Source: Candidatus Staskawiczbacteria bacterium
GTDB lineage: Bacteria > Patescibacteriota > Minisyncoccia > Minisyncoccales > Staskawiczbacteraceae
NCBI GenBank assembly: GCA_016196125.1
Contig: JACPYG010000004.1
Coordinates: 138-64,137, forward strand
Reading direction: 5' to 3'
DNA length: 64,000 nucleotides
Positions 9,430 through 19,068 of this stretch are shown here, piece by piece. Positions within the stretch are counted from its first letter, which is position 1, and every line of letters begins with the position of its first letter. Both the position numbers and the translations under genes were made by a program. The notes under the pieces were generated by a model that searched no databases, was not told the origin of the DNA, and saw only the letters and a list, made by a program, of their open reading frames with translations.

Positions 9430-11052
9430 ATGGCACAACTTTCCGAAGCCACGCAAAGGTTAATTGCAAAATACAATCTTTGGCAACAATCTCAAAAACC
9501 GAAAGAAGGCGTATCAACAATACATGTTGATGAAGTAGTCTCAAGGGTTGCCGCTTTTTACGAATACATAAGAACAATTGTTGACTGGAAAGAAGAACAC
9601 TTGATGCGCAGGTCTGCCATCATCAGAAAACTAAAAAGAAGATTTTTAAACTTAGAATTAAATAATTTTTCTGAAAAAGAAGAAATTGCAGAACCTTTAA
9701 TATTAGAATTAATTAGAGGAGGACACTTCCCCAACGATAATATTGAAGAATCAAAAATAGCAGATGTCAAAAAAGTAATAGACAAGTATATTTTTATTTT
9801 AAAAAACAGCATTGAGAATAAAAAAGGCAGAGCCGGACTGCAATTTTACAACTGGCTTTTGGAAATTGCCGCCTGTGAAATAGAAGAAACTTTAGCCACA
9901 TACACAAAAGAAACCGCCCTGATAGATTATATGTTTGATTTGATGAAAGAAAGAATAAGAGTCGGCGAAGATGTTTTTAAAAGAAAGTTATTAAAAGAAG
10001 AAGAAAAAGACATACAAATATATATTGCCGTACAACAATCCTTGTTTAAATTCGATAAGCCGATTATCAGCTATAATCTTATTAAATATAAATACCCTCA
10101 ATGGAAAAATACCGATGAGGATTTGATTTTAAAAATATCTCAAAATATCCACAAAATATGGAAAAGAATTGAAAAAGATTTATTGCATCCCCTAAATAAA
10201 AAGTTTTACGCAATCTGCGAAAAATATGATACTCCTTATTTGCTTTTAGGAGATATCTTATCTCAAAAAAGCGCCATAGAGACCGGCAGAGAAATCCAGA
10301 AACCGCCTGTTTTAGAGCAACTGTTAAGATCGTCTTATTCTAAAAGATTATCAACTCTCAAAGCAAGGCTTTCTCGGGCAGCCGTTTATTCTACTATATC
10401 AATTTTTATCACAAAAGTTCTTTCTCTGTTAATTTTAGAAATAATTTTATTTAAAGTTTTTGAGGAAAATTTCAATATAATAATTTTAGCAACAGATGTT
10501 TTGTTGCCTACTATCTTAATGTTTATTTTAGTGGCGACAATCAAGCTTCCTTCAGATAAAAATTTAAGTCTGGTAATAGTGGAAACAATGAAAATTGTTT
10601 ATCAAAATGAAAAAACAGATATTTATGATATAAAAATCCTCAAAAAAAGAGGAGTTATTACCAGAATGATCATTTCTTTTGTTTATCTTTTGGGAGCTTG
10701 TGTTTCTTTTGGTTTTATCTTTTGGATTTTTTATTTGTTCAAATTCTCTACCACTTCCATTATCATAAACTTTATATTTATTGCCTTAATTATTTTTGCC
10801 GGAATGGCAATAAGAAAAAGAGCAGAAGAACTTACTGTAGAAAACGACTATGACGGTTTTTTAAGTTTTTTATCCGATATATTATTTTTACCTGTTGCCG
10901 GAGTAGGACGATGGCTATCAAATAAATGGAAAAGGTATAATGCGGTTTCCGCTTTTTTTAATGCTTTAATTGACATGCCATTTTCTGTTTTTGTGGAGTT
11001 TTTAGAAAGATGGCGATATTTCATAAAAGAAAGAAAAGAAGAAATCCGTTAA
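9430..11052 (+). CDS. hypothetical multi-pass membrane protein (540 aa)
   Basis: ORF track. Soluble charged N-terminal half and several hydrophobic helices in the C-terminal half. No motif recognised. Confidence 0.6.
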   Translation: MAQLSEATQRLIAKYNLWQQSQKPKEGVSTIHVDEVVSRVAAFYEYIRTIVDWKEEHLMRRSAIIRKLKRRFLNLELNNFSEKEEIAEPLILELIRGGHFPNDNIEESKIADVKKVIDKYIFILKNSIENKKGRAGLQFYNWLLEIAACEIEETLATYTKETALIDYMFDLMKERIRVGEDVFKRKLLKEEEKDIQIYIAVQQSLFKFDKPIISYNLIKYKYPQWKNTDEDLILKISQNIHKIWKRIEKDLLHPLNKKFYAICEKYDTPYLLLGDILSQKSAIETGREIQKPPVLEQLLRSSYSKRLSTLKARLSRAAVYSTISIFITKVLSLLILEIILFKVFEENFNIIILATDVLLPTILMFILVATIKLPSDKNLSLVIVETMKIVYQNEKTDIYDIKILKKRGVITRMIISFVYLLGACVSFGFIFWIFYLFKFSTTSIIINFIFIALIIFAGMAIRKRAEELTVENDYDGFLSFLSDILFLPVAGVGRWLSNKWKRYNAVSAFFNALIDMPFSVFVEFLERWRYFIKERKEEIR

Positions 11053-11055
11053 AAA

Positions 11056-11967
11056 ATGAAGCCATCAGACAAGCTTATCGTAATTTTAGGACCGACAGCA
11101 TCCGGGAAAACACAACTGGCAATCAAACTTGCCAAAAAATTTAATGGTGAAATTATTTCAGCTGATTCAAGGCAGGTTTATAAAGGAATGGATATCGGTT
11201 CCGGCAAAGTAACAAAAAAAGAAATGCAGGGAATTCCCCACTATCTTTTGGACGTAGCTAATCCCAAAAATAAATTTACCGTAAGCCAATACCAAAAATT
11301 GGTTCAAGTCGCAATAAAAAAAATACGCAAAAAAGATAAAATTCCATTTTTGGTTGGCGGCAGCGGTTTTTATATACAATCAATAGTTGACGAAATTATT
11401 ATTCCCGAGGTTAAACCGGATTGGAAATTAAGAAAAGAACTTAGAAAAAAATCCGCAAAAGAACTTTTCTTGATGTTAAAAAATTTAGACCCGGAGAGGA
11501 CGAAAACAATTGATGAAAATAATCCCCGCAGGTTAATACGCGCGCTTGAAATTGTTATAAAAACCGGCGCAGAGGTACCGGCACTAAATAAATTAAAAAA
11601 ACCGGCATTCAATGTTTTAGAAATTGGCATCGCCAAATCCAAAGATGAGATAAAAAAACTAATCAATAAGAGATTATTAAAAAGATTAAATCAGCCAAAT
11701 GGCGGAAAAATGGTTTTGGAGGTTAAAAATCTTAAAACCTCTGGCCTTTCGTTTAAACGTTTAGAAGAATTTGGATTAGAATACCGCTTTGTCGCGCAAT
11801 ATTTACAAAATAAAATAACTTATCAAGAAATGGTTGATAAGTTAAAAAAAGAAATAGAAAATTTTGCCAAGCGCCAAATGACTTGGTTTAAAAGAGATAA
11901 AAGAGTCCACTGGATAAAAAACTACAAAGAAGCGGAAGAATTAGTTAAAAGCTTTTTGAGAAGTTGA
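11056..11967 (+). CDS. miaA: tRNA dimethylallyltransferase
   Basis: GPTASGKT P-loop, SADSRQVYKGMDIGSGK, ends in TGA. Confidence 0.9.
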   Translation: MKPSDKLIVILGPTASGKTQLAIKLAKKFNGEIISADSRQVYKGMDIGSGKVTKKEMQGIPHYLLDVANPKNKFTVSQYQKLVQVAIKKIRKKDKIPFLVGGSGFYIQSIVDEIIIPEVKPDWKLRKELRKKSAKELFLMLKNLDPERTKTIDENNPRRLIRALEIVIKTGAEVPALNKLKKPAFNVLEIGIAKSKDEIKKLINKRLLKRLNQPNGGKMVLEVKNLKTSGLSFKRLEEFGLEYRFVAQYLQNKITYQEMVDKLKKEIENFAKRQMTWFKRDKRVHWIKNYKEAEELVKSFLRS

Positions 11968-13457
11968 CCGATTTTTTCCGGATTTGCTGTTCCGCGAGTT
12001 GCTGACATTACTTGTCCCGACAAGAATTGCAAAGCATTTTGCTTGCCGTTTTTATAATCTTTGACTGCTTTTGGATTTTTAAAAATTACTTCTTTTACAA
12101 TTTTTTCCATTTCGCCCTCGTCTTTCATTTGCATCCAATTATTACTATCAATAACCGATGACGGATCAGATCCGGTATTAAACATATCGCTTAAGACCAT
12201 TTTGGCAATTTTGCTTGATATTTCTTCTGAATAAATCATTTTAATAAATTCAGCAAAGTTTTCTGGCGTAATTTTAAATTCAGTTTCTATAAATTGACTG
12301 TTTTGCAACAGTCCCTGAACATCAGAAATAAGATAATTTGAAGTAATCTTAATTATTTTTTTAAATTCACTATCCGTATTTTGCTCAATCCATTCATCGA
12401 GCTCCGATATTACCTTTTCAAAATACTCACTTAGGTCTTTATTTGCAACAAATATCTCAATCGTATTTTGGTCCAAGCCATATTCTTTGATAAATCTTGC
12501 TCTTTTTTGTTCTGGCAATTCCGGAATTTCGCTTTTTATTTTTTCAATAAATTTTTCATCAAAATGCAGGGGCGGCAAATCCGGTTCTGGAAAATACCTG
12601 TAATCATGAGCCGATTCTTTTTCTCTTTGAGAAAAAGTTATTTCTTTTTTATCGTGCCAACCTCGGGTTTCCTGCACAACCTTACCGCCCGATTCTAAAA
12701 TTTCTTGCTGGCGCAAAATTTCAAAATCAATTGACTTTTCAACAACTTTAAATGAGTTCAAATTTTTAATTTCAACTTTAGTGCCAAAACTCTTATTTTT
12801 ACTAAGGCTTATGTTAACTTCTATCCTCATTTGCCCCTTTTCCATATCGGCATCAGAAACTCCCAAATACTTTAAAATTACCTGAAAATCTTGGGCAAAT
12901 TCCCTGGCTTCACTTCCCGAAATTATATCCGGATCGGTTACCAACTCCATTAAAGGAACACCGGCCCTATTTAAATCAATCAATGAATAATCAACCCCTT
13001 CCGGATGTATTAATTTACCGGTATCTTCTTCCAAATGTATTCTTGTTATGCCTATTTTTCTTCGCCCTTCCGAAGCTTTACTGTGTCCGTCCGAAGTCTT
13101 TGACGAAGAAGGATGCGAAGGAGGGTTGTCTCCAACTTTTAAATAACCTTTTTGGCACAAGGGCTGGTCATATTGTGAAATCTGATATCCTTTTGGCAAA
13201 TCCGGATAAAAATAATTTTTCCTGTCGAACTTTGAATCTTTGGCAATTTGGCAATTTAAAGCCAATCCGGTTTTAATAACCTTTTTTATTGCTTCTTCAT
13301 TGGCAACCGGCAAAGCGCCCGGCTGGGCGGTGCAAACCTCGCAAATATTATAATTTGGCCGTTTTTCATCGGGATCATTTTTACACGAGCAAAACATCTT
13401 TGAATTTGTTTTAAGCTCTGCATGTATTTCCAAACCAATAGTGGGCTTATATTTCAT
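11922..13457 (-). CDS. gatB: Asp/Glu-tRNA amidotransferase subunit B, with a GC-rich insertion of about 20 aa
   Basis: PTIGLEIHAEL, IGITRIHLEEDTGK, C-terminal YqeY-like tail. ATG at 13457 (MKYKPTIGLEIH) is preferred over the TTG at 13475. Confidence 0.9.
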   Translation of the reverse strand: MKYKPTIGLEIHAELKTNSKMFCSCKNDPDEKRPNYNICEVCTAQPGALPVANEEAIKKVIKTGLALNCQIAKDSKFDRKNYFYPDLPKGYQISQYDQPLCQKGYLKVGDNPPSHPSSSKTSDGHSKASEGRRKIGITRIHLEEDTGKLIHPEGVDYSLIDLNRAGVPLMELVTDPDIISGSEAREFAQDFQVILKYLGVSDADMEKGQMRIEVNISLSKNKSFGTKVEIKNLNSFKVVEKSIDFEILRQQEILESGGKVVQETRGWHDKKEITFSQREKESAHDYRYFPEPDLPPLHFDEKFIEKIKSEIPELPEQKRARFIKEYGLDQNTIEIFVANKDLSEYFEKVISELDEWIEQNTDSEFKKIIKITSNYLISDVQGLLQNSQFIETEFKITPENFAEFIKMIYSEEISSKIAKMVLSDMFNTGSDPSSVIDSNNWMQMKDEGEMEKIVKEVIFKNPKAVKDYKNGKQNALQFLSGQVMSATRGTANPEKIGQLLKKLLTNSSASL

Positions 13458-13494
13458 ATTATGTGAATATATCAAAATTCAATTAAATTTACAA

Positions 13495-13524
13495 CAAAAA
13501 AGGGTTTGGAAAAATCCGAACCCC
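13495..13524 (-). terminator. rho-independent terminator after 13543..13989
   Basis: In minus sense GGGUUCGG-AUUUUU-CCAAACCC is followed by UUUUUUG. Confidence 0.55.
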
Positions 13525-13542
13525 TAACTAAATAATTTTTAT

Positions 13543-13989
13543 TCACAAAGGACTTCTTTGTATGCGCCTATTAATTCTTTTAATTCCAAAAGCGCTTCGT
13601 ATTGGCTTCGGTATTCTATTATTTTTTTTTACTGCAGGATTTCCTTTCAATAGGCGGGAAATTTTTCTGCCTTTTTCACAAATAATTACCACTGGCACAC
13701 CGCTTTGACGAGCCATTTCCACTTCAATGCCGCCGCCCCAAGAAGGCGCAATTGGCGCCACAATCAATACAGATGTTTTATTGCAAACCTGATCTCTCTC
13801 TGCCTCATCAACTTGTTGAGGCGTAAAATCAGGATGTTTTAATGGATCGTAATGCTCATGGGGAACAAAGGCCCTTATGCCTGTAATTTCTTGGCAGACA
13901 TCGCCGATTCTTTCGTAAAAACTTTTTGCTTCCTGCGCAGTTTCGGGGCTCAACTCTGTAAGGGGTCCGCAAACGTAGGCAGTTTTCAT
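13543..13989 (-). CDS. nucleoside 2-deoxyribosyltransferase-like protein
   Basis: MKTAYVCGPL N-terminus and SWGGGIEVEMA motif resemble the PF05014-like fold. Sits next to folA/thyA. Confidence 0.45.
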   Translation of the reverse strand: MKTAYVCGPLTELSPETAQEAKSFYERIGDVCQEITGIRAFVPHEHYDPLKHPDFTPQQVDEAERDQVCNKTSVLIVAPIAPSWGGGIEVEMARQSGVPVVIICEKGRKISRLLKGNPAVKKNNRIPKPIRSAFGIKRINRRIQRSPL

Positions 13990-14041
13990 TTTATACTCTC
14001 CTTTGCTTTGGGTTGTAAAAGAGCTGGCAAAAAACCAAAAT

Positions 14042-14560
14042 TTACTTTTTTCTTTCTAAAACTACAAATGAATATGAATATAAATTTTTTGCTTGCCCTG
14101 GGTTTATCGAAGGGTCGTCTGGTTCGTGATCAATTCTGCTTATTTCTTTCCAATCTGAAATATCAAATTCAGGAAAAAATGTGTCGCCTTCAAAATTATG
14201 ATGGATATAAGTTAAATATAATTTATTTGCCAAAGGCAAAAATTGCTTGTAAACCGATGCGCCGCCGCAAACCATAACTTCGTCTTCATTTTTTATCATT
14301 TCTAAAGATTCATTTATAGAATGGGCCACAAAACAGCCGTCTGGAGGAACATAGTTCAAGTCATCATTTAAAATAATATGCTTTCTATTGGGCAAAGGTT
14401 TTGAACCAATAGATTTAAATGTATTCAAGCCAAGTATAATTGTTTTATTTAAAGTTTTTTCCTTAAAATATTTAAAATCGGCCGGTAAATGCCAAGGCAA
14501 AGCATTTTTGTTTCCGATTACTCTGTTTTCTGCCACCGCAGATATAATTGAAATCATCAT
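14042..14560 (-). CDS. folA: dihydrofolate reductase
   Basis: ISIISAVAENRVIGNKNALPWHLPADFKYFKEKT, 172 aa. Confidence 0.9.
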   Translation of the reverse strand: MMISIISAVAENRVIGNKNALPWHLPADFKYFKEKTLNKTIILGLNTFKSIGSKPLPNRKHIILNDDLNYVPPDGCFVAHSINESLEMIKNEDEVMVCGGASVYKQFLPLANKLYLTYIHHNFEGDTFFPEFDISDWKEISRIDHEPDDPSINPGQAKNLYSYSFVVLERKK

Positions 14561-14562
14561 AT

Positions 14563-15387
14563 CTAAACCGCCATTGGAGCTTTAATACTCGGATGATATT
14601 TATAATCAACCAATTTTATATCTTCCATTTTAAAGTCGCCAATATTTTTTATTTCCGGATTTAGCCATAATTTTGGCAAAACATAAATTTCCCGGGCTAA
14701 TTGCTCCTTTACCTGTTCAAAATGATTCAAATAAATATGGGCATCTGCCAAAATAATTACGCATTCATATGGTTCCAAACCAACAGCTTGCGACACCATG
14801 TGTAATAATAAAGAATAAGAAGCAATATTAAACGGCACTCCCAAAAATGTGTCGCAGCTTCTTTGATACATCATTAAGGATAATTTCTTGTCAACGCAAA
14901 AAAATTGAAAAAGCAAGTGGCAAGGCGGCAAAGCCATCATGTCTAACTCGGCCGGATTCCAAGCCGAAACGATTATTCTCCTGTCGTTCGGGTTTTCTTT
15001 TAATTTTTTTATGACATTTTCAATTTGGTCAATCGGCGTATCGTTATAAGGGGACTTCCAGCTGCGCCACTGCGCTCCATAAACCCTGCCCAAATCGCCG
15101 TCAAACTTTGCTTTTGGCTTCCAATAAGGGGCTTCTGCATTTCCATCCCAAATATGGCAGCCCAACTTTTGCAATTCTTTTACATCTTGGCTACCTGATA
15201 GAAACCAAATCAGTTCCGCTTTTACGGCTTCAAAAGCTAATTTCTTTGTTGTAACTGCCGGAAAACCGTCTGCCATTTTAAAGCGCATTGGCAAGCCAAA
15301 CAAAGCGCGCGAACCGACACCGGTCCTGTCGGGCCTGTCTGTCCCCTCTTCCATTATTTTTTTTAAAACATCCAAATACTGCTTCAC
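14563..15387 (-). CDS. thyA: thymidylate synthase (ThyA type, GTG start)
   Basis: MKQYLDVLKKIMEEGTDRPDRTGVG, PPCHLLFQF, 274 aa. Confidence 0.95.
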   Translation of the reverse strand: MKQYLDVLKKIMEEGTDRPDRTGVGSRALFGLPMRFKMADGFPAVTTKKLAFEAVKAELIWFLSGSQDVKELQKLGCHIWDGNAEAPYWKPKAKFDGDLGRVYGAQWRSWKSPYNDTPIDQIENVIKKLKENPNDRRIIVSAWNPAELDMMALPPCHLLFQFFCVDKKLSLMMYQRSCDTFLGVPFNIASYSLLLHMVSQAVGLEPYECVIILADAHIYLNHFEQVKEQLAREIYVLPKLWLNPEIKNIGDFKMEDIKLVDYKYHPSIKAPMAV

Positions 15388-15518
15388 CCCGTTAGAAGTT
15401 AGGGCAAAAAATAATTTTATTAAAAATTATTTTTTGCTTGCACTTTTTAATTATATTATCTTAAAATATTCAACCCCTATTGAAGTTTTTTATTGTTTTA
15501 TTCCAACTTCTAACTGGG
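15387..15518. repeat. inverted repeat, CCCCGTTAGA family, copy c (arms 15387-15400 and 15505-15518)
   Basis: ccccgttagaagtt pairs with aacttctaactggg at 13 of 14 positions, with a 104-nt spacer. The 3' arm in mRNA sense ends on the G of the thyA GTG start, the same geometry as copy a. Confidence 0.7.
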
Positions 15519-15520
15519 CT

Positions 15521-16141
15521 TCACAATATTTTTTTAATTATTTTTTTAATATCTTTAAAAACTTCCGGAATAGCCTTTTCGCCATTAACCATGATAACAT
15601 TTTTGAACATTTCGGGCATTTTTTTATAAAACTCACTCACTTTTACAAGTTTTTCTTTTTTCTCAAAAAGCTCTTTTGGCTCTCCCCTGCCTTCAATTCT
15701 TTCCATGCAGGATTCCGGCAAAACATCAATTATGATAGTCAAATCTGGCAATAGAAATTGTTCATTCATTTTTATTAATAATTGTAAATCCAAACCATCC
15801 GAAGCGCCATAGGCAAAAGTTGAAAAAGCATAGCGGTTAGAAAGCACAAATTTGCCTTTTTTTAAAGCGGGAATAACCTTGTTGTCCAAATGTTCTTTTC
15901 TGTCTTGCACATACAAACTTTGCAATTCTAATGGCGTAAGTTTAATTTCTTCCCTTAATGCCTGCTTAATTTTCCTGCCAGCTTCCGACTCCATTGTCGG
16001 TTCTTTTGTTGCAATAACTTGCTTGCCTCTTAAATAATCCAATAAAAGCTCAATTTGGGCGTTTTTACCGGAACCGTCCAATCCTTCAATAACAATAAAC
16101 CCCCCACCTTTTTGTTTTTTAAAAAGAACTTTGCCGTTCAT
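15521..16141 (-). CDS. tmk: thymidylate kinase
   Basis: FIVIEGLDGSGKNAQ P-loop. ATG at 16141 (MNGKVLFKKQKGGGFIVIEG) is preferred. The track ORF extends to 16210. Confidence 0.85.
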   Translation of the reverse strand: MNGKVLFKKQKGGGFIVIEGLDGSGKNAQIELLLDYLRGKQVIATKEPTMESEAGRKIKQALREEIKLTPLELQSLYVQDRKEHLDNKVIPALKKGKFVLSNRYAFSTFAYGASDGLDLQLLIKMNEQFLLPDLTIIIDVLPESCMERIEGRGEPKELFEKKEKLVKVSEFYKKMPEMFKNVIMVNGEKAIPEVFKDIKKIIKKIL

Positions 16142-16180
16142 GGAATAATACCAATCATTTCTTGAAAAAAGGTGGGGGGT
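16099..16180. repeat. inverted repeat, GTGGGGGG family, spanning the tmk start (arms 16099-16113 and 16166-16180)
   Basis: accccccaccttttt and aaaaaggtggggggt form a 15-bp perfect inverted repeat. The ATG at 16141 sits in the 52-nt loop. Confidence 0.8.
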
Positions 16181-16206
16181 AAATTTGCCCTGGTAATTGC
16201 CTTTAA

Positions 16207-16818
16207 TCATTTTATAAGTTTTGATAAATACTCTTTATAAACAACCTGAACCCAAGCGCCTGGAGTTCCTTTTATATGCCCTTCAATATCTTTTAAGCCA
16301 ACCAATTCCCCTTTCATTTTATCTGTTTCTTTTATAGAAATTTCAGGGCTATTGCCGACGAAGTTATAAACCAAACCCAAATGAACCGACTCAACCGGCC
16401 TTGAGTCGTCATTTAAAATTCCAATTAACTTTTTTTCCAAAAAATTTCCCTTAAAATCCACTTCTTCCGACCATTCTCGCATCATTCCGGCTTCCAAAAT
16501 ATTTTGGCCGCCATTTACATCAACCGGATTTATATGTCCGCCAACTCCTACTTGATAGCTGTCAACCAATCTTTTCTCTCCCGCCGATTCTAAATATTTA
16601 TAAATAAAGTACTTGTCTTTAAAATTAAAAACAATATAAGGTATTATTTGCTGAAAAGACGGGTCTTCTTCAACATTTCCTCTTCTTTTAAATTGATAAT
16701 TATTATTTATTATGTCCAAATAATAATCCAAATTATCTGTTTTTAAGCCTTGCCACCTGCCTTTTTCAAAAATTATATCAGCCGGCACTACCAAAACTAA
16801 TTCATCGTCTTTTGACAT
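16207..16818 (-). CDS. Nudix-fold protein, YmaB-like (putative nucleotide pyrophosphohydrolase)
   Basis: Divergent Nudix box GGQNILEAGMMREWSEEV. The overall layout resembles the YmaB proteins found in ribonucleotide reductase operons. Embedded in the dTTP cluster. Confidence 0.45.
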   Translation of the reverse strand: MSKDDELVLVVPADIIFEKGRWQGLKTDNLDYYLDIINNNYQFKRRGNVEEDPSFQQIIPYIVFNFKDKYFIYKYLESAGEKRLVDSYQVGVGGHINPVDVNGGQNILEAGMMREWSEEVDFKGNFLEKKLIGILNDDSRPVESVHLGLVYNFVGNSPEISIKETDKMKGELVGLKDIEGHIKGTPGAWVQVVYKEYLSKLIK

Positions 16819-16819
16819 A

Positions 16820-17380
16820 TTATTGATTTTTATATTCTTCTACTGAATTATCAACAACAAAAACTTTTACACCGGCCTTTTCAAATAATTCCATAGACTG
16901 CTTGTCTGCATGATATCTTTTTTGGGCCACAACTCTTTTAATGCCAACGCGCACTATTCTCATGGCGCAATTATAACAAGAAACCATTTTGCAGTAGATA
17001 GTGCCACCTTGGAGCTTTATTCCATCTTTTGCCGCCTGTAAAATCGCATTCTCTTCCGCATGCAAAGTTCTCATGCAATGCTGGGATTGATGTCCGTCTT
17101 CATGGGTTACCGTTTTCATTAAATGACCCACATCATCACAATGAGGCTGCCCCGGAGGAGAGCCAACATAACCAGTGGCCAAAATTGTATTATTTTCGCT
17201 GACTATCACAGAACCGCTTCTGCCCCTGTCGCAAGTTGCGCGTTTGCCTATTGGATCCAATAATCCTAAAAAATATTCATCCCATGTCGGACGCGCGTAT
17301 TTTGTTTTTTCTTCCATATTTTTTAAATAATACTCCTTAAATTGTTCAGCCATTCTATCATTATTATTTTTGTAATACAA
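16820..17380 (-). CDS. deoxycytidylate (dCMP) deaminase
   Basis: Zinc motifs HAEENAI and CYNCAM. An alternative start MAEQF lies at 17353. Confidence 0.85.
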   Translation of the reverse strand: MYYKNNNDRMAEQFKEYYLKNMEEKTKYARPTWDEYFLGLLDPIGKRATCDRGRSGSVIVSENNTILATGYVGSPPGQPHCDDVGHLMKTVTHEDGHQSQHCMRTLHAEENAILQAAKDGIKLQGGTIYCKMVSCYNCAMRIVRVGIKRVVAQKRYHADKQSMELFEKAGVKVFVVDNSVEEYKNQ

Positions 17381-17425
17381 ATAAAGTAAAGATTGCCATA
17401 AATTATAATGGTTAGCAAAGAATGA

Positions 17426-18139
17426 TTAATTTTTACATTTATTAAATCTACTTAATTGTTTAATTATATAATCCATTTCTTTTTCTGTTTCATCGGGCGA
17501 TATTACGCTTTCAATTATAATGGGACATAAGGGATTTTGAATAGACTTGATTATAATATTTTGTTTTGTTTTATATAAAGCGTCGTGATGGTCTTCGTAT
17601 CCACTTAAATGTGTTTGAACAATTTTATTACCTAATTTTTCATAAAAATAAGAAGCAAGTCTCATTGTATTATCATTTGTATAAACATGATTAACATCTA
17701 ATATTATTTTAAACTTTTCATCAGACAACACAGAAATAATTTCTTCAGGTATTTTAAAATACTTTTTACGGCAATCCATATTTTCAAAAGCTACTGGAAA
17801 AGGGGTATTTTTAAATACATTAAAATCTTGTACGGTATTCGGATGAAAAATTACAATATCAAGCTCGCGTATTTTATTTAGTTTTTGGATTTTATCAAAT
17901 ATAAATTCTGTATCTTTAGTTCTCCCATACGGGAAAACTGGGGCGTGTAAACTAACATATTCAAAATTTTCAATATCACCTTTTGTGATTTCATCAAGTA
18001 ATCCTTTTTTAATATTTTCAATATTAATAAAATTAAGTTCAACAACTCTATATTCTGATTTTTGTAAAAAGTTAAGAGATTCTTTTACGGTAAAATACTT
18101 ATATAATGCTCCTGTTGAAAACCCTATTTTAAAATTCAT
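17426..18139 (-). CDS. xylose-isomerase-like TIM-barrel protein (sugar phosphate isomerase/epimerase family)
   Basis: MNFKIGFSTGAL, SLHAP, FENMD and ILDVNH strand-end motifs are typical of the AP-endonuclease-2/TIM family. Confidence 0.4.
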   Translation of the reverse strand: MNFKIGFSTGALYKYFTVKESLNFLQKSEYRVVELNFINIENIKKGLLDEITKGDIENFEYVSLHAPVFPYGRTKDTEFIFDKIQKLNKIRELDIVIFHPNTVQDFNVFKNTPFPVAFENMDCRKKYFKIPEEIISVLSDEKFKIILDVNHVYTNDNTMRLASYFYEKLGNKIVQTHLSGYEDHHDALYKTKQNIIIKSIQNPLCPIIIESVISPDETEKEMDYIIKQLSRFNKCKN

Positions 18140-18213
18140 ATATTGGTATTATAGATTATTTTAAATAATTAAAAAACCCCATGAAATTATATTATCAAAG
18201 GGTTATAACCATA

Positions 18214-18561
18214 TTAATTAATATTAATACCAAAGTGTTTTTTTAATTCTTTAGCAAAATTTGATAGCGTTTTTAATTCTTGGGGGTAGTGAAATTCGTG
18301 CGGGAAATTGGCGATATAGCCATCTATAGGATGACCACTTTCAAGCCAATCTCTGATAACTTCATGACAACGAATACTCCTATCTTGCAAGTGATTAATA
18401 AATTCTTCAGATAGAAGATACGGTGGGTCAATATAGTGTTGTATATTTTTTAATACTGTTTTATCATCACCACTAAATATTTTTACAACCATTTTGATCT
18501 TTTTAACATTGGCTACGGCACATGGATTATTTGATGTTGTTTTATATAAACTAACTGCCAC
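18214..18561 (-). CDS. C-terminal half of a split nucleotidyltransferase-like gene (115 aa, GTG start)
   Basis: Same reading frame as 18565..18954, separated only by TAA plus one codon. Confidence 0.35.
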   Translation of the reverse strand: MAVSLYKTTSNNPCAVANVKKIKMVVKIFSGDDKTVLKNIQHYIDPPYLLSEEFINHLQDRSIRCHEVIRDWLESGHPIDGYIANFPHEFHYPQELKTLSNFAKELKKHFGININ

Positions 18562-18564
18562 TTT

Positions 18565-18954
18565 TTAAGTGCTTCCATCTAAAATTATGTTCAAATGATT
18601 GGGATGAATAAGATGGTGGCCATAAAGTACAAGAACATTTTTTGTCCTAATTCTGTCCCTTAATTTATAAACACCATGCATAGTGCCTCTTATAGACGCA
18701 TTAAAATATATTTTTACTCCTTTTTGATTAAATTTATTAATTTGCTCAGAGATTGGCTTTATTAGCTCGCTTCGCTCGATACAAAGAAAAATTCTACCTT
18801 CAATGGCTTCTCTAACTGCTCTTAAAACATATTCTATAGTTGGTATGCCTAAAATTGGAATCAATGATTTGCATCCATATTTTGTGATGAGTTGACCAAA
18901 TCTTGCGCCTCTCCCTCCACTCATGATAATGGCATCAACCTTTTGTCTAGACAT
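18565..18954 (-). CDS. N-terminal half of a nucleotidyltransferase (NTP_transferase-like, 129 aa)
   Basis: AIIMSGGRGARFG matches the GGxGxR nucleotide-binding signature. Too short for a complete enzyme. Confidence 0.5.
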   Translation of the reverse strand: MSRQKVDAIIMSGGRGARFGQLITKYGCKSLIPILGIPTIEYVLRAVREAIEGRIFLCIERSELIKPISEQINKFNQKGVKIYFNASIRGTMHGVYKLRDRIRTKNVLVLYGHHLIHPNHLNIILDGST

Positions 18955-19020
18955 TATAAACTCCTTTGTTTGTTAAAGAACTGGACTGTAATGGACGATA
19001 ATACTTTTATTGTTATTTGT

Positions 19021-19066
19021 CAAAAATAAACACCATTACGGTTACTGTGACGGTGTTTGTTTTTTA
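19021..19066 (-). terminator. possible terminator after rplK
   Basis: In minus sense AAACACC-N17-GGUGUUU is followed by AUUUUUG. The stem is imperfect. Confidence 0.35.
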
Positions 19067-19068
19067 AA

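Noticed and set aside
15434-15754. 106-aa plus-strand ORF between thyA and tmk, and similar AT-rich antisense ORFs elsewhere (for example 4008..4283, 27696..28334, 13852..14277).
   Set aside because: These are low-complexity Phe/Ile/Asn/Lys-rich translations overlapping well-supported genes or inverted-repeat spacers on the opposite strand. No motifs or start signals support them.
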